Shown piece by piece: positions 53,451 through 64,000 of a stretch of 64,000 bases of DNA; within the stretch, counting starts at the first letter, position 1, and every line of letters begins with the position of its first letter. The stretch comes from Calcarisporiella thermophila CBS 279.70 (lineage: Eukaryota; Fungi; Calcarisporiellomycota). A program made the position numbers and the translations under genes. Location: NCBI RefSeq assembly GCF_041956535.1, contig NW_027192192.1:685796-749795 (forward strand), written 5' to 3'. Under the pieces are notes generated by a model, which saw only the letters and a program-made list of their open reading frames with translations, ran no database searches and was not told the origin of the DNA.

Positions 53451-56400
53451 ATGCCCCCTAAAGCCAAATCAAAATCCACCCCCAGACGCACATCTAGACG
53501 TACTGCATCTTCCGCATCGGCTTCACATACCCAAACTGAGGGTTCCACTGAGCCAAGTCTCAGCCCGGCTTCTCCTCGCCACGTCTCTCATACGACAAAG
53601 CATGCCATACCAAAGGACAACGAGCCGAATGGGGGCGATGGGCCTCTTGCTGGGACAAGAGCTCGGAGGAAACGGGATGCTCACGACACGGAGCCGATAA
53701 AGTCAAAAAGAAGGAATCCTCGAAACGATGAGGATATAAAGTTAGAGAGCGGGGCAGGGGAAGACGCGGAGATGGATGCCAGCAGCGACTATCATTGGGC
53801 CCAGGAGGAATATGGAGAAGAAGAGGTGGCGGAGGAGGCGGAGGGAGAGGAAGAGGAAGAGGGAGAGGGAGAGGAAGAGGAAGAGGAAGAGGAGGAAGAG
53901 CAAGAGGAGGCGCATCCGGCTCTGAAGACATTGGAGATCACATTCAGTGCACCCGAGGTTCAGCTGTTCAAGTAGGTGGCCCCCATTAATGTGGAGATCC
54001 GTGGATGTAATCATGTTTATTTCATGGCATTTAGGCAGAAGGGCATTACTAAAATGGATCGCATGATAAGAATGAACCTCCACAAGACGCATCTCCTCTG
54101 CTTACTGGCGCATGGGGCCATTCGCAATCGCTGGATCAATGAGGACGAGATTCAGGTATGGTTATTGGCCTTCTTTCCCAATCCCTTCCCCCTCCCTCCC
54201 TCTCTCTTTTCTTTTTGCCGATATTTCCTGCCCACCTGTCTAACATCCATGCCTCCGCTAACAGGCTATGGCCATCTCGGTCGTGCCGCCCAATATCGTG
54301 GAGGCGTTTAAACTTAAGCGGGCCAAGTTTGAACACGCTAAAGGCGCGGCCTTTTTGGAGGCGCTGCGGTCCCTTGCCGCCTGGTGGCACACTTTTTTTA
54401 CGGCTACTCACCTCGGGATCCGGTCTTACGATTACAAAGTGTTCGACATCCACGGCGATGTCCACGGGGCGATTCTCTCCGACTGCGTACCGTCGCCTCA
54501 AGCATTGGTGGAAGCCTTGGTTCGACAAGAGGGCTCGTGGGACTCTTGCGCACAACTCTTTACTGCGGTGGCGCGAGGACTGGGGCTGGAGGCCAGGCTG
54601 GTTCTCAGCTTGCAAGCGGTGAGTTGGCGCTACGGGGGAAAGGGCGCCGGGGGCAATGGGGGCGGCGGAAAAAAGTCCGCGACTCGGAAGAAGACAGGTG
54701 GTAGCGCCACGCCGGCGGAAGAGAAACAGAGGAGTAGCAAGGCGACCAAAAAAAGCGAGGCCAGCAGCAATAACGCGACAAGTGACGGCGGCGGGGACAG
54801 CGACTATCGCGAAACCCCTCGCCTCTCCTCGGCCTCTTTTCGTGCCCCTAAACGCCGCAAACCCAGCGCCAATGCCTCCCCGCCCTCCTCCTCCTCTTCC
54901 TCCTCCTTCACCTCAATCGCAAAGAACCTTCCGCCCGTGATGTGGTGCGAAGTCTACTCCAAACATGAGGAGCGCTGGGTGCCGGTCGATCCCGTGCGCG
55001 GCCTCGTCGCCCAGCCAAAGGCCATGGATCCGCCTGCAAACTGCGTGGAAAACGGGCTGGCGTACGCGGTGGCGTTTGAGAGCGAGGGGTATGCCAGAGA
55101 TGTCACCCGGCGATACGCGTCGCAATGGGGGGCGCGCACGATGCGCAACCGACTGCCCGAGAAGGAGGGGGATGCGTGGTGGCGAGAGGTCATGAGGGGG
55201 TTTGAGAAGCCATACAAGTTGCCGAGGGATGCGGTGGAAGAGGCCGAGCTCCAGGAGGAGGAGGTGAAGGAGGCCATGCCCGGAACGCTGGACGGGTTTA
55301 GGAACCACCCTCTGTACGTGCTGGAGTCGCAGCTGAAGAAGTTCGAGATCGTGAAGCCAAGCGCAGTGGTTCTGGGGGAATTCCGAGGGAAAAAGATCTA
55401 CTCTCGGTCTGAAGTCTATGTGGTAAGGCATGGATTGAAGATGGCCGTGCCCCTTTTAGTTTGGCTAACCACTCATATTCTTCTCCTCTCCATTCTCCTA
55501 GCTCCATACGGCTGAAACATGGATGAAGGAGGCCAAAGTGATTCGCGAGGGCGAGCAGCCGCTCAAATTTGTCAAGGCGCGAGCCGCCACTCTGAGCAAG
55601 AAGCGTGCGCAGGAAATGGCGCTTATGACCGGCGACTCCGCGCAAATCCAAGTGGGGCTGTATGCAGAATGGCAAGTGGAGGATTTCAAGCCTCCCATCA
55701 TCATCGATGTAGGTTGCATTATCTTGCATATTTTATTGACGTCTGCAGAGTTTCTTGGCAGGAAAAAAAAAAATTGCCGTCGTCATGGCTTTCTGTGATT
55801 ACCTGACCCCACCAGAGTATTGACTGATGGATTGTTTTTTTTTTTTGGTTCCTAGGGAAAAATACCCAAGAACTCCTATGGCAATATCTACCTGTTTAAG
55901 CCCTCTATGCTTCCGATTGGCGCCGCTCATATCCCTTACAGTGGCACGGGCAAGATAGCCAAGAAACTAGGGGTGGACTACGCGGAGGCGGTGGTCGATT
56001 TCGATTTCAGACAGCGGCGATGTCTCCCCGTCACGAGGGGCATTGTCGTCGCGGAGGAGCATTATGATTTGGTGCTGGAAGCGTTCATGAACCACACCGA
56101 TTACAAGAATCAAGTCGAAGCCGACAAACGCGAAAAAGCCATCCTCGGGCGATGGCGCAAACTCGTGCAGGCGCTGCAGGTCTCGCACCGATTAAAGGCG
56201 GAGTATGGCGCCCACTCGGAGGAGCATCGGGAGATGGAGGATTTTGGAGAGAGCCAGCTGATGCAGGGTGGGTTCATTCTTGACGAGGACGATGGAGTGG
56301 GGCGCGAGATTGCGGGGAGAGCGGAGGAGGCGGAGGCGGGAGGAGAGGACCAGGACGGGGACGAGGACGAGGACGAAGGGGCCAGTCAATTGCGCAGAGA

Positions 56401-56575
56401 CAGTGATGGGGAGGGCGGAGAAAACATGAAGGAGGAGGGGGAGAGTGGCGGAGCACAGAGCTCGGGCAAACATGGGAGCAGCAGACCTAGACGCATCACG
56501 GCGGACACCGAGGATGAGGACAGCAGTGAAGACGAGCGCGCGAGTCAATATTTGAGCGATAGTGACGATGAATAG
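53451..56575 (+). CDS. RAD4: DNA damage recognition protein Rad4/XPC
   Basis: LHKTHLLCLLAHGAIRNRW, AQLFTAVARGLG, WCEVY..WVPVDP, RDVTRRY, FRNHPLYVLE, PKNSYGNI and LGVDYAEAVVDFDF. Confidence 0.95.
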
Positions 56576-56959
56576 GGTGCTCCCCACCACGCTCTCTTGC
56601 ATAATGCATGTTGTAGCTCTATACTTTATGTTGTGAGGAGGGGATTTGTGTATTGTTTTATCCTTGCCGTTGTTGTTTAACGCTTCTCCATCATGGCTTT
56701 GGCCTGTAATTATACACGTGTATGTTACCATGAGGCATTTATGACGCTTTGTTCGTGGCAACGTGTTTGACTCACGATTTGTAAAATCGAGATTGATCCC
56801 CCGCACCTTCCCAGCCTTGCGAGGCGAGGTAGTGTGGGGTCTACCTCGATTTGGCCGGATAAAGGTTCATTCAACCCTATTCACCCCTACTTAAAGTGCC
56901 CCAAGGATAAGGTCTGCCCAAGGTGCGAAGCACATAGGATAGCCACCATTTTGGGCAAT

Positions 56960-58393
56960 ATGTCTCTACATGTTACGGTCATTGGTGCCGGCGTCGTCGG
57001 ACTGACTACTGCCATTCTCTTGCTGCACCATGGACATCGCGTCACTTTGGTCTCGAGGGAATTCCCAGGAACCTTGAGCATAAAATACACCTCCCCCTGG
57101 GCCGGTACATTCCTCCTTATGTTTAAGCCATGGCCCAGGATAAAGCATTCTCCTAACTCTTGGACATGTGTCATTCTTGACAGGTGCTCATTACAGATCG
57201 CTTGCCGGGAACAATGACAGCCGGATGCAGAGTAAATTACCTTTTCCCCATTGCTTCGAGAGGGTGTACCAACTAATCGACACCAGAATGGGAATTGATT
57301 TCGTACAGGACGTTTGTGGAGTTGTCGAAGACGGCGCCCGACGCGGGCGTTTGGTTAATGCCTGGCGTGGATCTCTATGATACCCCTCCCCGCAAACCGT
57401 TTTGGTACGAACGGGAAATACCAGGGGTAAGTAGGATTCCGAGTTGACCAAAGCTCCACAGGTAGGCCCTAACCATAGCTTTCTCTTTGTTCTCGCGCTG
57501 CATCACTTCCTTGTCTCCCCGCTGGCCCCCTGCAATAGTACCAGGTCCTCGCAAGGGAAGAGCTTCCAGAAGGGGTCGCGTTTGGCCACACCTACGATTC
57601 CCTCTCCATCAACACCTCCAAGTATCTTGCCTTCCTATTGAAACTCTTCACGACGAAGGGCGGTGCGACACGTCGCTTGGAAATTGGCCATCTGTCGGAG
57701 GCGGTGGAGGAGCATACCGACGTCGTGGTGAACTGCACGGGCCTGGGTGCCAAAACGCTGGGGGGGGTAAGCGACTCGAACGTGTTCCCTATTCGTGGGC
57801 AGACTGTGATTGTGAAGTCGCCGCACCCAGTCGCAAAGACCATCACGAGGATCGGGGAGCATTTCACTTATGTGATCCCTCGGGACAATGGAGAGGTGGT
57901 GCTGGGGGGGACGCACCAAGCCCATGACGAGTTGCGTAGAGCATAGGCTTCCTTGTTTGGTTGTGTTTGGAGCAGACGGCTCAACCATCTATTTCTCCTG
58001 TAGGACGGCGACTCCCGTTCAAAGCACCACCGACGCCATTCTCCGCCGCGTGGTTGAGATCTGTCCTGAGCTACGCCCGCTCGAGAAAATCCAGATCGTG
58101 CGCGAGGCGGTCGGGCTGCGTCCCGGCCGGACCGGGGGGACCCGCCTGGATGCGGAGTGGATGAGTAAAGTGCCTCTTTGAGCTGCCTCCATTTGGCTAA
58201 AGAAGTCTTATCCCATGCACATGCTTGTATAGACGCGAGGGGAAGCAAGGACGTCCTGCTGGTGCATAACTACGGGCATGGTGGCGGAGGCTACCAGACG
58301 AGTTGGGGCACGGCCGCTGAAGCGGTGGAGATCATAGCCCGTGAGATGAGCATCCGAAAGGGTCTCCTCGGGGGGGTTTTATCGAAACTTTGA
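56960..58393 (+). CDS. DAO1: Peroxisomal D-amino-acid oxidase / D-aspartate oxidase; 6 exons
   Basis: VIGAGVVGLTTA, YTSPWAGA, VVNCTGLGA, PIRGQT, GLRPGR, HNYGHGGGGYQTSWG and C-terminal PTS1 SKL. Confidence 0.93.
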
Positions 58394-58939
58394 GAGCTGT
58401 GCCGAGCGAGGGGGGGTCGAGTGCCGCGAATATGGGGCTCGACCAGAGTATCTATCCACTATCAGTGTTGTGTTTTATGAAATCTTCCTCTTCCTCTTTG
58501 AATCTATGTATTTACATGGGCGATTTCTGATCCCCCATTGATTATCAGGGCCAAATTTCATGGCTCCTCAGAAATACAGACTCCACGGCTAGATGGGCCC
58601 CCCACTGATGAAATTATCCTGAATCCAAACATGACTGGTGATCGGAGACATCATCCTCCGTCAAATATGACACATGGAACGAAACCCCCCAGGAAGACCA
58701 GTCACAATCATCTCTCGATAGATGCACGTGAGAGATAATCACCATCAAATAGATAATTTGGGTGGAAGATTATATCTATCAAAGCATCTAAAATCTAGAA
58801 ATGTTTCATATTAAAAAGCTCCCTGCACCCGCACAATTTTCTCTCTTCTCTTCACTTCGAAATTCATCGGAACATTTCCCTCCCCCCCCTCCCCTCCACC
58901 TCCATCACTCTACTATTTCGTACGAATTTCTAGACTAGT

Positions 58940-60325
58940 ATGCCACAAGCTAACGGACAGAACGGACATCGCGACGCTCTCGACTTTGTGTCGCCGTATG
59001 CGTCCAAGGAGCCGAACAGCAATGTCGGGAGTTTCAAAATCATAGAGTCGACATTAAGAGGTCAGCATTAGCCCTCCCCCCCCCCCTCTCGCTGCCTGCT
59101 GTTCTCTGCTGGCACGCACCCATATGTTGGCCACCGAAATTCTAACTCCACCCTCTTTCTCTTCCATTCTGTAGAGGGCGAGCAGTTCGCCAATGCATTT
59201 TTTGACACCAAGAAGAAGATCGAGATCGCCAAGGCGCTCGATGAGTTTGGAGTCGATTACATCGAGCTCACCTCGCCGGCGGCCTCGGAACAGTCCCGAC
59301 AGGACTGCGTTGCTATTGCCAACCTCGGCCTCAAAGCCAAGATCCTCACCCACATTCGATGCCACATGGACGACGCTCGGCTCGCCCTTGAAACCGGCGT
59401 CGACGGCGTCGACGTGGTCATGGGCACCTCGTCCTTCCTGCGCGAGTTCTCCCACGGGAAGGATATGCGCTACATCATGGACAAGGCGGCGGAGGTGATC
59501 AAGTTCATCAAGGAGACCAACCCGAAGGTGGAGGTGCGATTCTCGACGGAGGACTCCTTCCGTAGCGACCTGGTCGACCTCCTGAGCGTCTACAAGCATG
59601 TGGATGGCCTGGGTGTGAACCGAGTCGGGATTGCCGACACCGTCGGGTGTGCGAACCCGCGGCAGGTGTTCGAGCTGGTCAAAACGTTGAGGAGCGTGGT
59701 GTCGTGCGACATCGAGTGCCACTTCCACAACGACACGGGCTGTGCCATCGCCAACGCGTACGCCGCATTGGAGGCGGGGGCCACCCACATCGACACCTCG
59801 GTACTGGGGATCGGGGAGCGCAACGGCATCACCCCTCTTGGCGGGCTTATGGCCCGCATGTATGTGGCGGACAAGCCGTATGTCACGAACAAATACCGCC
59901 TCCCGCTTCTCCGCGAAATCGAGAACCTGGTGGCCGACTCCGTCGAGATCACCATCCCGTTCAACAACTACATCACCGGCTACTGTGCGTTCACCCACAA
60001 GGCCGGCATCCACGCCAAGGCCATCCTCAACAACCCCTCCACCTACGAGATCCTGAAGCCCGAGGACTTTGGGATGACTCGCTACGTGAACATTGGGTCC
60101 CGGCTCACCGGGTGGAACGCGGTGAAGAGCAGGGTGGAGCAGCTGGGCTTATCCCTCACGGACGAGGAGGTGAAGAAGGTGACGGCGAAGATCAAGGAGC
60201 TGGCCGACATCCGACCGCAGAGCCTTGACGATGTCGATGGGTTACTGAGGAAGTACCACGATGCGAAGATCGATGGAGACCACGCCACCATGACAAGCTT
60301 GGTGACAGCAGCCGCGGCAAATTAG
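58940..60325 (+). CDS. LYS20: Homocitrate synthase (first step of the alpha-aminoadipate lysine pathway); 2 exons
   Basis: [57 protein letters not shown] and HKAGIHAKA. Confidence 0.96.
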
Positions 60326-60780
60326 ACGCCGACACCAGCCAAAAATGAAAAATACAATGGCGAAAGCTATTTAGGGCGGCTAGACCCTATACCTCTTATT
60401 TTCTACTTTATCATTATCATTATTCTTTCTCCTTTTCATTTCTTTCCCCACTCTTTGTAATTAAAGGAAAAAAAAACGTCTTTATCTGTTTTCACTCTCG
60501 TGTTTTGTTCATTTCGTTTTCTAGATTGCTCTTTTGCCGTTTCTCTTATTGTACAAATTTGGCTCATGTATTGTTACCGTCAAGGCCGAAGAGTGGATGG
60601 AAAGAAATAATCTTTGTTCTAGTAGTGGCACGACCTGTATTGGGAAACCGGGGCGAGGCCCAGCAAAACGGATGAAACCTACTCTCTACCTTCACTGGAG
60701 GTAGTTCAAAACCTAACCGAAAGAAAGACTGAAAAAAAAAAAAATCGAAAATACAAATTTCCCCTTAGATATTGCCATCA

Positions 60781-61829
60781 TCATTCTTCTTTTGCCGCCG
60801 CCACGCTGCCCTCGGTCGAGATTCCGCGCTGGCTAGTGATCTGGTTCATCTTGGCAGACAATTCGGTTGCGCTCTCCTTGGCCGCATCCGAAACCCTGCG
60901 GATGTTTTCGTGCAGCACCTTTTGCCCCCGGGCCAAGTTCTGGTCCACCATCTCCTTGTTTTCGACATAGATGCGGGGGAGTGTGAAGCCGAGTAGGGCG
61001 CACGTGGCCAGGATGACTCTGGTCGGGAAGACGTAGGAAATATTCCAGAGGAGGAAGAGGATGCCTAGCCACTGTCAGTGGAAGTAGAGGGGGGGGAGGG
61101 GGAATGAGAGGGGATGAGGCAAGGGGGATGGCGCGGCTCTTAATCTCGATAATACCTTGAAGCTGCGCACGGTGTCCTCGATAAGCACTATTTTCAGCGT
61201 CTCTTGGAGGAAAACGTTGATCACGTCCACACAGAGGGAAACGTACTTGGAGACCCGGGATTGGTCAAGCTCGAGATTCCGCTTATTCCGGAGATTGCTA
61301 GCATGGAATAGAGGGAGTCAATCCTTTGAGACCGCTAGCTCAGATTACAAGGCGTGTTTTCTTACTCTAATGGGTTCACGTCTCCGTACAGTTTCTTGTA
61401 CACGGTTACATAGCAGAGGTTCAGCCCAGTCAGGCAAAACCCAATAAGAAAGATCAGGCCAAGGGGAGAGAAGCGACCTGAGAGGTAGAGAAGGGCGAGG
61501 AATCCGCTCAGAACCCCACCGCTCTCAGCCGGGTGCTCCCACATCACTAGGCGCCGAACACGCTGCTGTGCCAAAGTAATTCCTCGGTTGTGCATGTCTA
61601 AGCAATGTAATTGCAATGGAATAAGTGAGCATTAGAGAGGGGAGAGGAGTGGCATGATTAACCAACTTGAGGCCGAGGAAAGTTCACCGTCGTCACCAGA
61701 GGGTAGTGGCGTCTCCTTGGCCAGCCGCTCCGCTTCTCCGAGTTCGCGCTCGCGATCGCCCTCGGTTTTTACCGATGTTTTCTCCTGTGAATTCGGTTGG
61801 GAAGCGACATTGACCTCGGGGTGTTCCAT
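60781..61829 (-). CDS. Reticulon-domain ER-shaping protein
   Basis: LVMWEHPAESGGVL hydrophobic hairpin and a second hairpin ending GFTLPRIYVENKEMVD; stop after AAAKEE. Confidence 0.75.
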
Positions 61830-62621
61830 GGCGAATTTTAGTTTTTGGAATTTGAGCAAAGAAAAGAAAATGCGGCGAAAGGGAAGAGTAGGAGGTTTCA
61901 GAGGGAAAATGGAAGCTGTGGAGGTTATATAATGACCGAGACTTTATGAGGGCGAATTGGAAAATAACCCGTACATTTTGCCACCATCCGCATTCGTATT
62001 TGTTGATCGCATGTCCTCCCGTGATGAAAATAGGCAAAAGTGGGCCAAAAATAAACTTCGCGCCCTATCATTTCCTTGGCTATTCCTTCGTCTTCCTGTT
62101 TATTGTACTTTATAATTTTTTTCTCCTCCCGCTTCCTTTGTTACCTACTCACTAACAAGTCTGATTCCATGAAGAGAGCACCACTGAGCTGTGTATTGCG
62201 CTCTAATGGATAAACAAGTTGGCATCAAGTTTCCGGTTCGCTGGAAGTGTGGAGTTGTTTCACTCCTCATTTTTGCTACGCTTCTAGATCCGGAAAGAAA
62301 GGAAAAAACGAGCTGTGGAGAGTGCGCCGGCATGAAATTATTGATGACTGATTAGTCTTTATTGCGAATTATATATATACAACATATTGAAAGGAGAAAT
62401 ATGAAGGAGAAAAAAAAACTTAGAGCAGGCTCACCACGTCCCATTCAAGGCGGAAAAGAAAGAGGCAAATTACGAAGAATAGGGAATGGCTGACCGTCAC
62501 TGAGCTGAAGAGAAAAAGCAAGAGGAATATCCGTCGTTTAAGAATAAGTAGAGCGGGGGTGGAAGTTTAAGGAAATCATATAATCGATATAGCACTCCCC
62601 TCCTCTCCATTAACCACAAAT

Positions 62622-63206
62622 TTAATCGGTAGAACTACACCCTCTACACCCACAATGAACACACTCTATCACTCTTCCCTCCTCCAGCTTATTTTTCGGC
62701 ACTCTGCAGATGCAGGTTGTGCCAAAGTTGGTGTCCTTAGCCTGGATGCACCGCAAGCAGCATAGTTTCTCGAAGCCGGGCTATATATACAAAAAAAAAG
62801 TTAAATGGAAATAGGTCTGATGTCGAGTTATTTACCGGCTCACCTTTTTCCACTTGGCGATCAGATTTGCATCAGCGTAGCCGTTTTTCAGCAGCCAATC
62901 GTAAAGTTCGCGAGTGATTGCTTTGCGCTTATAGAAAAGATCATAGACATAGCGAGATTTCTGATGATGCAGACGAAAAATAGGCCACAGTGCTTCCACT
63001 TTTCGCTTGCCTTCGTGGGGTTCATTTTCGGCTAAAGACAAAGAAGTAAAAATCAGAGAAACATTGGAGACACCTCTAGAAAAAGAGAGAGAGAAAAAAA
63101 AAGACCTACCATCACGCATCTTTTTTTCAAATTCCAGAAACATAGGCTCTATCTCATCAAAGCCCTCTGGCGGCTTCTTGTTGCGCAGATGTCGGATTTT
63201 GGGCAT
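62622..63206 (-). CDS. BUD31: Pre-mRNA splicing factor Bud31/G10; 3 exons
   Basis: [54 protein letters not shown] and [13 protein letters not shown]. Confidence 0.97.

Positions 63207-64000
<794 letters not shown>

Noticed and set aside
59054-60013. 319-aa minus-strand ORF
   Set aside because: Antisense shadow of homocitrate synthase.

Overview
Gene-dense eukaryotic DNA from an intron-rich fungus. Most introns are short GT-AG introns of about 50-110 nt with CTAAC/CTGAC-type branch sites. The gene content (alpha-aminoadipate lysine enzymes, Shr3, APSES and Zn2Cys6 factors, together with a SELENOH homolog, a class II sirtuin and a 3-repeat Myb) suggests an early-diverging, Mucoromycota/Zoopagomycota-like lineage; that assignment is inference. 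I reconstructed about 31 protein-coding genes by reading across introns: Caf16-like ABC ATPase, Slt2-type MAPK, Hap5, SIRT4-like sirtuin, an LEA-like/MAPEG fusion, DYRK/Pom1-like kinase, PhzF-like protein, class I G-alpha, SELENOH-like protein, APSES TF, PPR protein, Sco1, Lys12, Egd1, GNAT, 3R-Myb, Shr3, a GPI protein, Psd2, bZIP, beta-tubulin, a Rex3 N-terminal-like protein, dual Zn2Cys6 TF, Rad4, DAO, homocitrate synthase, reticulon, Bud31, partial Rvb1 and two hypotheticals. No transposon, tRNA, rRNA or CRISPR was recognised. The top finding is a box C/D snoRNA inside the intron of an apparently non-coding host transcript (about 48.2-48.4 kb, minus strand), with 12-nt complementarity to 18S rRNA pointing to a methylation site I do not recall from yeast or human maps. 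Other highlights are the LEA-like/degenerate-MAPEG fusion, a Cys-type SELENOH, a natural E198A beta-tubulin, three GC-AG introns (two with competing splice sites), several proteins with degenerate key motifs, and a structured RNA candidate near 62.2 kb. All coordinates were read by eye and exon boundaries are predictions.
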